A stretch of 248,000 nt of DNA from Andalucia godoyi And28. Its lineage: Eukaryota; Protista; Jakobida. The position numbers were made by a program, and so were the translations under genes. Shown piece after piece: positions 136,701-147,671 of this stretch (within the stretch, counting starts at the first letter, position 1; each line of letters opens with the position of its first letter). The stretch is from assembly GCA_009859145.1 (NCBI GenBank), contig VRVR01000022.1, positions 20,001 to 268,000 of the forward strand, in the 5' to 3' direction. The notes beneath the pieces were generated by a model. That model had not been told where the DNA came from. It was given only the letters and a program-made list of their open reading frames with translations, and ran no database searches.

Positions 136701-136929
136701 TTGCCGTTGCACCATTTCCCGCCAGCACAATCGGAAAAGACTTTTGGAGCTGCGAATTCAGCTGCTTCAGCCGGTTCATTGAGAACTTTTTCTTGTCCTT
136801 CTTTTGAGAGCCTGACTCGGAGGGCGAGGAAGAAACAAAGTTTGGCGGAGACGACAGCGGAGGCGACGTCATGTTCGTTGGACTGTTACTGGACCCAACA
136901 GAATCCCACCATTGCGAAAGCCGCTTCAT
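133747..136929 (-). CDS. CLEC16A/TT9-like (FPL domain)
   Basis: LRQLAEILIWSDQN, YYLLSQNNIN, FPLYTEAIRFF..E.MIR.SVRTIALNVF. Confidence 0.88.
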   Translation of the reverse strand: MKRLSQWWDSVGSSNSPTNMTSPPLSSPPNFVSSSPSESGSQKKDKKKFSMNRLKQLNSQLQKSFPIVLAGNGATASREKRGQHESALIENLRQLAEILIWSDQNDDSLFHYFFEEEMLKIFLLQYPQRHVQIQALQTLSILVQNTGNETSLYYLLSQNNINEFIGMHGFDFEDEEVLAHYVTFLKILSFKLNTRTLQFFFFPNDSRFPLYTEAIRFFRHEEAMIRASVRTIALNVFRVCEFSNPAMDFVLRKEENPYLRKLVSVLMGSCENVDKIAKAWGYAVESPLHSTRVGMRHHTSSFGLPEYGKLTGRISSQVFDDMYYLGDILSLRLAPLSAALHSHLVTEFINVLITKPFDCGWTLFLLSQCGLLGERDPEFLQTLANSALEEKSPLVTNVFGKRISSILLHEDDRVVSTSLAFFGALVELHHQIDPHVLDRVGLLPSSLLRQRSLVAQLLVEADGTSSLSAPTSPTAAEAGNRVFPDNSEGGKRNSDMAFKNTTVLSRKHSKSDAADLADHCPSEEKATSSNGEDGRHEGRPEEDTSQGSQDVREPLETNITVTLYAAYSLPIRIRLFAVPETSRIRTFLPIHRPVSEADFAEALLMVIDSPSSKRRVVTVHLACRLLSMLYSVSDPSSITSELSSSIPSAYPQTFALSDSIWLSFPQAKDRLLNLFLRLRKRAFAFFNDPDQMFYEFFITRIDTLFSKLKQIESMRWERFLSDPSLCFAPFDWTEANVLQCATFREAVEPWRRLPMTPVEVMVADLHKFLALRSLLPRVSCPDSKRNDWRDGELLFPRATRPYRTRQKVSMSAPVDSMSPCWLRAEIRAPDGPAPPIMWSEYAYRHDATIFFANSFCYVAHPSIDGSETLEVDMSFPILWGRVVRCEVPYTFALVVPYFHISGDPPANPKIEASVSSVSPTMPSAAQNPIQPSSSNSNSSSGSSSGSGSGSGSGTNSASGSFSGAPGGGSASGSAVSSPPLVGLPLADHQQPPRTPAQQAMCVQAPPSPKDDVILYVRFTVPEMFEVVQERIALEIQKARQVRRLQLLQLLQDDSPITHLL

Positions 136930-137272
136930 TCTCGATCCATTATCTGCTCAAGTAAAAATATTCACTCAATTCGCTCAATTCTCTTTTAACTCAACCAGAA
137001 GAGACAGCCTACGAAGAAAAACAACAACTTCAATTAAGCAAAACAAAGGAAAGACAGGATGGAATCAGCTGTCGGAGAGAGCAATCCATCGAGGAGTGAC
137101 ATAACGACAAGAGCACAAAAGAGCTTGCGCTTGGTTGAGGGGAAAACAGAGGCACGGAAAGGAAGGTCTGTGGATTCCAATTTGCAGTGGATTGAAGGGG
137201 TGTGTCGACTTTTGGCGATCTCTAAGTCGTGTTCCGTTTGGTGAAAAGAACTGCACTTTCTGTACTGTGTAG

Positions 137273-137388
137273 GTACGGCCATACTAGAGTGAAAATACCG
137301 CATCCCGTCCGATTTGCGAAGTCAAGTGCTCTCAGGCTGGAGTAGTACTGAGGTGGGTGACCACTCGGGAATTCCCAGTGCTGTACTT
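137273..137388 (+). rRNA. 5S rRNA
   Basis: GTACGGCCATAC..CATCCCGTCCGATTTGCGAAGTCAAG..AGTAGTACT..GGGTGACCA..GCTGTAC followed by a T-run. Confidence 0.92.
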
Positions 137389-137596
137389 TTTGCGACTTTT
137401 TGCTTCTTCTTCTTCTTCTGTTGTTGTTTGTTGACTGCGCGTGCTTTTCATTCTCCTGCAGGAATGATGATGTCAACACCAACAAAAAGGCAACACAAGC
137501 GACTTGGAGATAGATACCTAGGAATAAAATTCACACACACGCACAACCCTTGTTTTTAAATGAATTGCTGACAGTTTGTAAAGCACACAGTAAAAC

Positions 137597-139297
137597 TTAT
137601 GCGTCGCGAAAGACTTGGTTGAAAAGGGCTCGAACGGGTTCCGCAAAGTGGGTGTCGAGCCACGACGCCGAAGGACCGGCATCCACCGTTGATTCCCTCT
137701 TCATGAATGAAGCAGACGTAAATGCCGGGGCGTGCTGCTCACAGATTTCAGTCGCCTCACGAAGTGAACGATCCAGCACAGCACGCACTCGACCTTGGAT
137801 TTTCCGAAAGGAAACGACCCTGACTTCGTTGAACGCCTTGACATACCCATTGTACAGAGACGCGAGGAGCGGGACATCGACAAGCACCTTGGAAGGCCCA
137901 AAGACACACGTCTGCAGTTGCTGGGGAGCCAAAAACATCGAATGGGTCTTCTGGATATGCGACTCAAAGATCGAAGCTGCCTGGTCCATCAGGATGGGAA
138001 GTGCCACATCTACGATTTCCGCGTCGCTCGAAAGCAGCACTTCATCGCATATGGACCGTAGCTGGTCTCCATCAACACATTGCGACACTATTCGCTGCAA
138101 CAACGTCCGCAAAAGTCTGTACACATCCGCCACAAACACATGCAGCGGCTCCACATAGTACTCGGACGCTACCGAGCCTGAGCCCACAGCGGTTCCAGAA
138201 GCAGGAGCATTGGAAAAGACGTACTTGTACTGGGTCGTGACTTCTGCCATACACGCTTCAAACTGCTTGACGAGGTTCCTGGCTGTCGCAACTTGCAAGT
138301 ACCCACTTCCACCATTCGGACCGGAGCCTGCACCGGCCTTGGAGCCTCCGCCTTCTGAGCCTGAAGTGCCTGCGTTACCCGAGGGGATCGCAAAGCACGC
138401 TTCCAGGGCAGATCGAACCCATTGTGCACGTGCCTTTAGAAACACGATTCGCAGCGCCCGTTCGTCCATTCCAAGTCTTTTCAATTCATCACGGTTGCTG
138501 TCCTCCGATGCCGAGACGGCCATCATTCCTGCTAATCGCTTCAACAAGTGAACTGTTCGGATGCACTGTGCAAGCGGCACGGATCCTGGGCCCTCGAGTG
138601 ACTCCACCAAGGCAACCGCGGTTCTTTGCAGGGCCGCATCCACCTGCACTGCAACGATTCCGACAACAATGTGCTTCTTCGAAAACGCTCGCCATGGCTC
138701 AAAAGCATCCGCAAGCTGAACCACGCTTTCCGGGGCATCTGCAGACAGGCAGGCGTCCATCAATGCAGGAATTTCCAGAAACGATGCACAGGAAGAAACA
138801 TGCGACGAAAGCGACGATGCATGTTTCTTGCGTGTCGACGAATTGTGCTCAGCATGGCGAAGAAACACGTCGCATGATTGTGATAGTGAAGGAAGCGCCG
138901 TGTCAATTAGCCGTGATAAATGCACATCAAAGCCCAACAGTTGGTCATTCCGAGACGACGACGACGACGATGACGACGATGACGAAGAAGAAGAAGAAGA
139001 AGAAGAAGAAGCAGGAGCCGCCGAGCTTCTGGAAGACAGCACGGATGACGGATGCGGGATGGTATGAGGCTGTGCGGAGTGGATTGCAAACTCATCAAGA
139101 ACAGAAGCCACAAGATGATGTGCATCGAGAAACGCCCGATAATTCTCAAATGAGAGTTCCTCAAGCGACAATGTCAAATGCGCCTTTTCATCCGCAAGCC
139201 GCTGCGGTTCACGCTGAATGTCTCGAAGCGATAGCGACGCAATCGACGCAAACTCTTCTGCCGACAACACCTCCATGCTCATGTCAACATAAATCAA
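137597..139297 (-). CDS. COG8: COG complex subunit 8 (Dor1)
   Basis: L..L...P.RLA.E, NYRAFL, FLEIPALMDAC, CIRTVHLLKRL. Confidence 0.8.
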   Translation of the reverse strand: MIYVDMSMEVLSAEEFASIASLSLRDIQREPQRLADEKAHLTLSLEELSFENYRAFLDAHHLVASVLDEFAIHSAQPHTIPHPSSVLSSRSSAAPASSSSSSSSSSSSSSSSSSSRNDQLLGFDVHLSRLIDTALPSLSQSCDVFLRHAEHNSSTRKKHASSLSSHVSSCASFLEIPALMDACLSADAPESVVQLADAFEPWRAFSKKHIVVGIVAVQVDAALQRTAVALVESLEGPGSVPLAQCIRTVHLLKRLAGMMAVSASEDSNRDELKRLGMDERALRIVFLKARAQWVRSALEACFAIPSGNAGTSGSEGGGSKAGAGSGPNGGSGYLQVATARNLVKQFEACMAEVTTQYKYVFSNAPASGTAVGSGSVASEYYVEPLHVFVADVYRLLRTLLQRIVSQCVDGDQLRSICDEVLLSSDAEIVDVALPILMDQAASIFESHIQKTHSMFLAPQQLQTCVFGPSKVLVDVPLLASLYNGYVKAFNEVRVVSFRKIQGRVRAVLDRSLREATEICEQHAPAFTSASFMKRESTVDAGPSASWLDTHFAEPVRALFNQVFRDA

Positions 139298-139447
139298 AAT
139301 ATTTGTCTTCCTTTTTTAAAATTAAATTAAGCTGTTAAATACTATAAAACAGAGACGAGAGAGGAAAAAACACACGCAAGATTGCTGCGGCATCATTTCA
139401 GCTTTCTTGCTGAATTGACAGTATCTACTGTATGTGTGCTTTTTTTT

Positions 139448-140567
139448 TTACAGTCGCGCATGCCCGGCCCAAGCGGAGGCTTCAATGTCGCACTCGTTGT
139501 TTCCGCGCTGGATCATGAAGAATCCTTGGAGGCCAAAGTCCGTTCCCCAGGAGTTTGCGGCCAGCCAGTAATCAGTGCCATTGAGTGTTCCAAACCCGAT
139601 GAACTTGACTGCGTGGTGACCGAGAAGGGCCCCTGTAAGGTGATGGTACACGCCTTCGGAATACGTCATGAAGTCCTCGTACACCTCAAAGGAGACTTGA
139701 ACAGGTCCGTTTGCCATAATCTCCTCTGCAATCGCTTGAGCATCGCTTTTGCCGCTTGTGCCCCCGGACACATGACGCCCGTTTCGTGCGTGGTAGTACT
139801 TCATGGGCTCGCCGGTGTTGCACTCCTTCATGCACTTGCCCCGATCCCCGTCTTGGCTGTAGTACGGAACGCATGTCTCTGTCGCAATTCCGTGAACTTC
139901 CATGAACAGCCACGCCGTCTCCAGTCGTCCGCCATTGCATCCGTCATCTGTGTAAAAATTTCATAAAATAATAAAATAATAAAATGAAATAACAAGAAAA
140001 CAAATGGTAAGTGAGTGAATGGGTGAACATGCGTGTTTGGAAAGTCGGAATGCTAATTAAGAAAGAACACGGCATACCCATCCAGTCGCACGAAACAAGA
140101 GACTGCGGAGAGAGAACGTCGTTCACTGTTCCGTTGGATTCAATGCAGAAGCGATCTGACAGTACCTCGGACGCCGAGAAGGCCCAGCACGATCCGCACA
140201 GCTGCTGGTCCATGATGCGATGCACACATCCGGGCCACTGCTCTCTCGAGTCAAACGAAGGCGGCAGATCCCCATCTTCGACACCACCGTCGTATATGTC
140301 GGCCTCGCGATCGGCATCCAGACCAAAATGATGCGTTTTCGAGCGATGAGGCGCAATCGTCCCCATAAGACGCTTCACATCATTCTGCGTCCATGTGGAA
140401 AACTTGTTGTGCGCAGCTTTCCACGTTGTGTGCGCTCCGTTGACAGACGCAATCAACTCGTCTGTCACTGCCATCTGCACCGCCAGGTCCCCGGATACTG
140501 TCAACGTCAATGCCACAACGACTACCACAGCAGCCCCCACTGCAGAACTGCACAACAGCGATCGCAT
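139448..140567 (-). CDS. cathepsin B-like cysteine protease (1 intron)
   Basis: PPSFDSREQWP, CGSCWAF, SPQSLVSCD; GHHAVK, ANSWG. Confidence 0.9.
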
Positions 140568-140827
140568 CTCTACTCCTTTCCGTTTCCCTCCTTTCTTCCT
140601 CTTCCCGCCCTTGAAAATTCTGAAAATGCACGCAACGAAGCAACCCACCACGTAAGCACTGACCATCGGCGATTGTCGGACTGTCGGAACTCGGTTGATG
140701 GCCATGATGCGTCGTACTCGTGCTTTGAAGTTTGAAAACACTGCGTTTCGTTCTGAGCCTCGCCGCTCGCCAGAACATGAATCATTATAGATCATCATCG
140801 GCTACGCTGTCACCGAAGACAGATCCA

Positions 140828-140975
140828 ATTTGGGGGCGAGCACCGCCTCTTCAATGCAGATTGCTTTGCATCAAAGGGTCATCGCAACCACGAGTTCCTT
140901 GGTTCTCGGTATCTTCGGGCATGGCCGGTCTGAGTTTGTTGGGAAGATTCCCCATTGGAGCCATGCGATGTTTTC
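140828..140975 (+). repeat. unclassified dispersed repeat D (copy 3)
   Basis: aligns to 48778-48925 and 21205-21292. Confidence 0.6.
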
Positions 140976-141091
140976 TGTTTTTGTCTCTGATGCGGTCACC
141001 TGCTTGAGGGTTCGATTATAAATCACAATCAAACAGAAAATAATAGTTCGAGTAAGAAGTGCAAGAATGAAGAAATTTCTAGATTTGAGTA

Positions 141092-141610
141092 CGCCTACAT
141101 TATACACTGCACATGCACATCTACGGATGGTCGTGCATATTCAATCTTGCATTCGGTTGCCGGGAAGGGGATCGGCCCCCAACACGCCTCACGGCGCTCT
141201 TCAGATAGATGTTCCGCGCTGCATTCCCAATCTCAATCAATCTGTGAGCCACTTTCTCAGCGTGACACGTTGTTCCTGAGAAGGGTGCATTTTGATTCTG
141301 ACGGCCCTAGCAGCAGGCGCAGTGACACGTGGTCTCTTAGTAGGTCTGCGGGACCTAGGAGGCCCTGCATCGAGCGGCGTAGGCGTAGGCGAATGCGTCA
141401 TCCCAGCGCAGTCACGCCCATATTCGAATTAAAAAAGTGAAATCAGCGAATGATAGAATAGATGGCCACGGATGCTGCGTTAAAGAGTGTTGAAAATGCG
141501 GAGCCTGTGTCACCAGCTGAATTTTGGCCGAGCGTGCGTAAGCACGAATTCCCTGTGGAGCAAACGTGCTGGTGTCGGCCAGTGTCGACCGCCGACGTAT
141601 TACTAATCAG
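141092..141610 (-). mobile_element. Fanzor2/IS607-like element A3
   Basis: ACCG|CTGATTAG; HTH and RuvC-III remnants; TAATGTAGGCG. Confidence 0.86.
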
Positions 141611-142056
141611 CGGTAAGACAATCATAGCTGTCAGCCGTAGTCCTCAGGCAATGTCGGCAATTCCTATAGTCATGAAAATTTCCGAATCCAGAAGTTTCGA
141701 CCATCAATCCGCCTATCTACGTTCTACTCGTCATCTTCACTATTGCCTTTTACTTCTTCATTCTACTTCTTTGCAGACTCAGTTTTTTTTCCCACTCCCG
141801 AGTCACTCAGTCTCACTTTCGATCCACTCACCTTCAGCCAATTACTTATCAGAATTTGCACGACGTTTGATCAAACACCATCCGTGTTTATTCGTTCCCT
141901 AACACTGCGCTGCTGTTCATTACTCTTATCGACTTGGGATATCCTCTCGCTGTGCCTTTTCATTTTTCATTTTTCATTCTTGATGCTGATTGCTGATTGC
142001 TGATTGCTAGTTGTTATTCAGTTTCATCTTTTTCGTGCTTGTTTGTTGCTTGTGAA

Positions 142057-143625
142057 ATGCTGATCAACTCGCGGTCTGTTCTGCGGTCGTTGTTTCCGAC
142101 AAACAATGGGCAGCAGCAGCAACAGGCACTGCAGCAGGACCAGCCTGTCCAGCAAACTGGAGCTTCTTCCGCGGCCGTGACTGGCATTGCGGGCCATGCG
142201 GATGCTCAGCAGGAACAGCGCGGAGTGTTTCAGCAGGTTCGACAACGGTTCAATCGAAATCCCGTCGCTGCAATTCGCAGAGTGTGGACTTCTCCATGGG
142301 GGTTTCCGCGAATCCCGCACTTTCTGTCGTTCCCGACCCCGTCGGCAGCGTCGTTGGCGCTAGCGTCTGCGTCCAATGCATCGGCTGGAGAGGGACATTG
142401 CGCGGATGTCGACGAGGATGGAGGAGACTCTTCGTGCGGTGCGCATCTTCCAGGAGCTACTTGCAGGATATGCTTTGAGCCGTTGTCCGGAATCTCGATT
142501 TCATCATCCGAGGCCCTGGATTCCTTGGCTTCGGGAGTCTCTTCCTCTTCTTCTTCCGCGCCGAACTCGTCTGCTCCATTCGGCGAGGATGACGACGGTC
142601 TGTGCTACTCATGCTCGTCAGCATTCGCGCCAAAGATTCACAACGACACGACAACCATCTGCACCACTGCTGCTATCTCCACTGACGGTAGCGGTAGTGG
142701 TGGCTACAGTCGCAATAACAAGTCGAGCAGCAATATCACAACTTCCGAGGTTGTCTGCGCTGGTGCTGCCGGTGCTGGTCAAAGCGTGTTTGCGGTGAAG
142801 GAGTGGGTTGTACCGTGTGCATGTACCGGTACGCAACAGTATGTGCATGTCTCTTGTCTTGATTTGTGGCGAAAGCGATCGTCTCGTACGGATGCGTATG
142901 TGCGATGTGATGTGTGTCGCACTCCATATGCCATCTCGATTTCGCACGTGCCCTCATTCCGCGAATTCTGGACGGGCACTCCATTTTTCCACACAATCTT
143001 CCCGCTGTTCTGTCAGTGCATTTCTGTGGCGTCGTTTGCATCGTTGCTGATGTTCTCGTCCATGTACGTTGTTCTGAAGGGCGTCGTTGTGTTCTTGAAT
143101 GCGTCTTGCGATCCCGAGTCGCTGCTTTTCCAAATCATGTTGCTGGAGCTTGTGAATCGAATTGGTGCAAAGGCGCTGTGCACAAGGCTGATATTTGCGT
143201 TGATGCTGATTGTTGCCTCGCTCCATTTGCTGTTTAATGTTCCGCTGTCCGAGGCGATTCATACTGTCTCCGTTCTGCTTCCCACTTTGCGCGGATTTTG
143301 GAGGAATGCCGAGGTTGGTCTTGCATTCGGCTCCTCGTTTCTCCGACATTGCTCTTCGTCGCTTGCTGTTGGAATCATGGCAGGTCTCGGAGCATTCGGC
143401 ATCGAGCTTCTCAGGCAGTTTCGAACATATCAAAAGTCGCACACTCGCGATCGCGTCTTGAACTATGTCCCCCCCGACAAGAAGGGGCTTCTCAAGAAGA
143501 GATCCATTTCGGTTTTGCCTCCGCCATCGTCACCTTCTCATTCGTCACCATCGTCTCCCACTTCTGCCTCTGCCTCTGCCTCGTCGTCGACATCTTATTT
143601 ATCTGTGAACAGTGTGCAATCATGA
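142057..143625 (+). CDS. MARCH-type RING-CH membrane E3 ligase
   Basis: CRIC...PCACTG..YVHVSCL..W..CDVC plus TM helices. Confidence 0.8.
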   Translation: MLINSRSVLRSLFPTNNGQQQQQALQQDQPVQQTGASSAAVTGIAGHADAQQEQRGVFQQVRQRFNRNPVAAIRRVWTSPWGFPRIPHFLSFPTPSAASLALASASNASAGEGHCADVDEDGGDSSCGAHLPGATCRICFEPLSGISISSSEALDSLASGVSSSSSSAPNSSAPFGEDDDGLCYSCSSAFAPKIHNDTTTICTTAAISTDGSGSGGYSRNNKSSSNITTSEVVCAGAAGAGQSVFAVKEWVVPCACTGTQQYVHVSCLDLWRKRSSRTDAYVRCDVCRTPYAISISHVPSFREFWTGTPFFHTIFPLFCQCISVASFASLLMFSSMYVVLKGVVVFLNASCDPESLLFQIMLLELVNRIGAKALCTRLIFALMLIVASLHLLFNVPLSEAIHTVSVLLPTLRGFWRNAEVGLAFGSSFLRHCSSSLAVGIMAGLGAFGIELLRQFRTYQKSHTRDRVLNYVPPDKKGLLKKRSISVLPPPSSPSHSSPSSPTSASASASSSTSYLSVNSVQS

Positions 143626-143745
143626 TTCGTTTAATTTAATGAAAAAATAATGAAAACGCGTTCACAATAAACTTTTTGCAGTTTGATCAGAAATAGGGAA
143701 TCTTTGTTTGAGCTTCACAAGAGGCCAACGCTTGGCGCGCAGCCC

Positions 143746-144999
143746 TCAAGAAGATCGAGATTTCTTATACGGAGGTCTTCCAGCAATGCCACTGCCACTG
143801 CCACTGCCACTGCTGCTGCTTGGCCCTCGATTGTCATGTCGCCGTTCGCCGTCGTCGTGACTTCTGGGTCGCTTCCTCGATTCCTGTGAATCGTCTCGGC
143901 GGTAACTGTTGCGTCCACCGCCATGCTGACGATACCGACTGCTTCTTTCTTGATCACGCTTTCTTGTCTTCGCCTTCTCCTTCGCCTTTGCGGTGATCGT
144001 CTTTGCCTTCTCCTCATCAACAGTCTTGAACACACGCAATGGTCGAATATACTCCTTTGGATTGATCTGGAAACCACCCTCTTTAGGCACAAACGGATTC
144101 AAGTTTGTTTCCTGCTCATGAAGCGCATTGATCATCTTGGGAACGCACTTGGAGTCGGAAAAAGACACGAATGCAAACCCCTTCCCAATTTGCGTCTTCC
144201 CATCGCGAACAACACGAACCCCTGTAACCGTCCCTGCATCTCCAATCGTGTCTGTGGAGAGTCGCCAGAGAACCTCGTCTTCAATGTCCAGCGGCAAGTT
144301 TCCCACAAACACCGATTTCTTGCGGTCCATCTTGGTGACAGTGGATAGGGAGCAGCCCAGATGAAAACCGTGGAAATCCACTCCATTTGCTGCAGCGAGC
144401 GCTTTCGTAGCTTCCTCGACCGCCTTGAACACGACGTAGGCATGGCATGACGTTCGAGATTCATGAAACTGGCCCAACTTGAAAGCAGCCCGTTTTGGCA
144501 GCTTTGGGGTTTCAAATGCAACCGATCGCAGTCTCACCGATTCAATCGTTCCGTACTGCCTAAACTGTGTTTCAAGATGATTCTGAAGAACAGTCGTGGA
144601 GAACAGCTTCAGCGGCACATTGGACACAAACACCGTCCGAGCATCCTGCTCAGAATCGTACGAATGCGCCCGATCTTGCTGCTTCTTTGAAAACGACCGT
144701 GGCTTGCGAATCTTTGGCTTTCCAGTCTCACCCGATCCATTGCCATCATCATCATCACCATCATTACCATTCTTCACCTCTGCTCCGTCTGCTGCACTGG
144801 CAGTCGACTCGGAGGCAGCCTTGGGCTTCATAGCAAGCGACGGATACTGCAGCGGAGTCGACATTGACTTTTGAAAAATCTTTGCAAGCGAAGTGGAGCT
144901 CGCAGATGCCGCAGCAGCATCTTCTTGAGACCCTGCTTTCGTTGCAAGATACGCAGCCAGCGAAAACGGAGACTCTGCCATCTTTCCTCCTGCCAACAT
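143746..144999 (-). CDS. RBM34/Nop12-like two-RRM nucleolar protein
   Basis: RTVFVSNVP, SVRLRS, SVFVGNLP, GKGFAFV. Confidence 0.8.
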   Translation of the reverse strand: MLAGGKMAESPFSLAAYLATKAGSQEDAAAASASSTSLAKIFQKSMSTPLQYPSLAMKPKAASESTASAADGAEVKNGNDGDDDDGNGSGETGKPKIRKPRSFSKKQQDRAHSYDSEQDARTVFVSNVPLKLFSTTVLQNHLETQFRQYGTIESVRLRSVAFETPKLPKRAAFKLGQFHESRTSCHAYVVFKAVEEATKALAAANGVDFHGFHLGCSLSTVTKMDRKKSVFVGNLPLDIEDEVLWRLSTDTIGDAGTVTGVRVVRDGKTQIGKGFAFVSFSDSKCVPKMINALHEQETNLNPFVPKEGGFQINPKEYIRPLRVFKTVDEEKAKTITAKAKEKAKTRKRDQERSSRYRQHGGGRNSYRRDDSQESRKRPRSHDDGERRHDNRGPSSSSGSGSGSGIAGRPPYKKSRSS

Positions 145000-145265
145000 T
145001 TATTAAAAATAAATACGCCTCTCAAAAACAGGAAACAAGAAAAAAAACCCGAATAAAGCAAGTCTGACAAAATACGTGGAAAACAAGATACGGACCCACA
145101 TGGATACGACACAATAGGAGCGAAAGTTGAATGGGTCTCAAACAGCAGTAGTCGCTTGGCGTACAGAAGACCGCGAAAACCCAACACAATTTGCAGAGTC
145201 TTCGTCGTTTTATACTTTGGGCTCCATTGGAGAGCCCCGAAGGTGAGAACGACGACACGGGAAAA

Positions 145266-145864
145266 CGCCTACATTATACACCGCACATGCATATCTACGA
145301 GTAGACATGCATATTCAACCTTGCATCCCGTTGCCGCGAAGGGGATAGGCCCCCAACACGCCTCACGGCGCTCTTCAGATAAATGTTCCGCGCTCCGTTC
145401 CCAATCTCGATCAATCTGTGAGCCACTTTCTCAGCGTGACACATTGTTCCTGAGAAGGGTGCATTTTGAGTCTGGCGGCCCTAGCGGCAGGCACTTTCGT
145501 GTCCTCAGTTGCAGCGATTGACGCAACTGGAGACACGAGAGGAAGAGGCGGTCTCTTAGTAGGTCTGCGGGACGTAGGAGGCCCTGCATCGAGCGGCGTA
145601 GGCGTAGGCGAATGCGTCATCCCAGCGCACCCACGCCCATATTTGAATAAAAAGAGTGAAACCAACGAATGATAGAATAGATGGCTACGGATGTTGCGTT
145701 AAAGAGTGTCGAAAATGCGGAGCCTGTGTCAGAGGCTGAATTTTGGCCGAGCGTGCGTAAGCACGAATTTCCTGTGAAGCAAACGCGCTAGTGTCGGCGA
145801 CTGCTAACCGTGTCTGTTTATGTTTACTTCCGTATATGCATAACAATGGTGTGTTATTATTCAA
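145266..145864 (-). mobile_element. Fanzor2/IS607-like element A4
   Basis: ACTG|TTGAATAA; ARLKMHPSQEQCVTLRKW; TAATGTAGGCG. Confidence 0.87.
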
Positions 145865-146318
145865 CAGTGTTGCGATTATTATTTTCATTTTTGAATTGAT
145901 ACGCGGGGAATGAACGCTTCATGTCAAGTGACGGATCGAAAGGAGGCTGCCGCGTCTGAAGCGTTGGCTTCCATCGACTTGTTTCTGAAGCAAGGGAAGC
146001 TCCCCATTCATGCTGTGCCGCAAGAAAGCCTTTATTCCATCGAGAAGATTGCTGATTCACTTCGATCCGCTGTTGGCGGTGGTACTTCGTCGTCGTAGTC
146101 GTCGTCGCTATCATCATCATCATCATCATCATCATCATGATCGCGAGGACCGACGGGTTGGACTGGTGTGACTGACTTAGCTGGCCGAGTTTACCCTGTT
146201 GGATTAACATGTAAATTACACAAAACAGTATATCATGAGAGGAGGTTGGAATCTTAAAAGGGGAGGGAAGAGGATACGAATAATAACAATGATCGCATTT
146301 TCAGAGTGAGTTGTGCAG

Positions 146319-147272
146319 TCAAAGATTCTGAAGAGGGATTTCGTCGAGGAATAAGAGGGTCTTTAGCTTTTCACACGACTTTCTGACCTTTGCAACGTAG
146401 TCTGTGGACTTTTCGATCGGGTTTCCACGCAGAACAAGGCTTTCCAGCACGGGGAATCGCTTTGCAATTCCGCTGATGTCTTTGAGAAAGTTGTGGCTGG
146501 CGTTGAGCACTTTCAGGTTTGGACAGCGTGGAAGCTTTGCGATCGACGTGAACTCGTTGTGGCTTACGTAGAGCGTTTCGACTTGGGGAAGCCCGATGTC
146601 CGACAGGTCCGAGAGCCCGTTGTGGTTCAGCACAAGCGTGTGAACCGCAGACAGCCTTCGCAGCACAGCTTTCAAGTGTGGCATCTGGAACGAGTCTCCG
146701 AGCTCCTGATGCGCAAGATTCACTGTATGCATAAGTTCCAATCCTCGAACTTCTGTCTCAATAATCTCGCGCTTCGTGAGCTTCTTTTTCTTCTTGTCCT
146801 CCTCGCTCTTTGCCAGCGACTTCGAATCCATCGTTGCTACTCCTCCTGCTGCTCCTGCAGATGCTGTCGATGTGGCAGGGCCTGTAGCGCCAGTGCCTGT
146901 GGTGCTTGACGCGTCTGCATTCGCCCTAGGGGATGTAATGACCACTGCTGCATCATTCTTACTGTTCGCAGCCGCAACAAACAATGCTGCCGCGTTGTCG
147001 GTGCGGTTCTTGTGTGATAAAGGACCCAATCGAATGCGCGGCGCTTTAAGAGGCTCGGTCGGAGGAACGTGATTGGGAACCTCAAACCAGCGGCTTGGAA
147101 ACAGCGACTCTCGAACGTCCTGTGAAGTGTGAAAAGAAGGAAACGGAGGCCGTGATTTATAAGATCCCGCTCCTACTGCTGCTGAAGCCGCCGCCGCCGC
147201 CGACGATGATGATGATGATGCAGAGAGCGCATGATCTGTCTTCAGTACCGCCATTTTTGACATGTCCGTCAT
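146319..147272 (-). CDS. LRR protein
   Basis: LVLNHNGL, LYVSHNEF, LNASHNFL, LRGNPI. Confidence 0.75.
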   Translation of the reverse strand: MTDMSKMAVLKTDHALSASSSSSSAAAAASAAVGAGSYKSRPPFPSFHTSQDVRESLFPSRWFEVPNHVPPTEPLKAPRIRLGPLSHKNRTDNAAALFVAAANSKNDAAVVITSPRANADASSTTGTGATGPATSTASAGAAGGVATMDSKSLAKSEEDKKKKKLTKREIIETEVRGLELMHTVNLAHQELGDSFQMPHLKAVLRRLSAVHTLVLNHNGLSDLSDIGLPQVETLYVSHNEFTSIAKLPRCPNLKVLNASHNFLKDISGIAKRFPVLESLVLRGNPIEKSTDYVAKVRKSCEKLKTLLFLDEIPLQNL

Positions 147273-147671
147273 TTATTGAGCACACCAGTGACACGATGGA
147301 GGACACCCAAAGCACTGCACTTCAGTTCCTCGTTCAGCAACCAGTACAAAAGTTTCAATGCCTTCGTTCTTGTGGCTTTCGTCGACCGAGGGTCCTGAAA
147401 CAGCAGACTACTGAAGCGGGGAATAATCATTGTGACGTTTTCACAATTCCGGAGGTCGTGTCGAAGCATGTCGACATCTTGAAGCGGTCTTTTTCTCCTT
147501 TTTCAGCAACTGTTGGGATTCCCACGGTTCCACAGGCTTCGTGGTTTTCGTGGTTTTCGTGGTTTTCGTGGGTTTCGTCGTATATGAGATTTAACGTCTG
147601 AATTCTGAAAGTCTGAATTCTGGAGCGTCCGCAAGGCTAACTGTCTCGAGCTCGAGTGAGAGGGAGATGGC

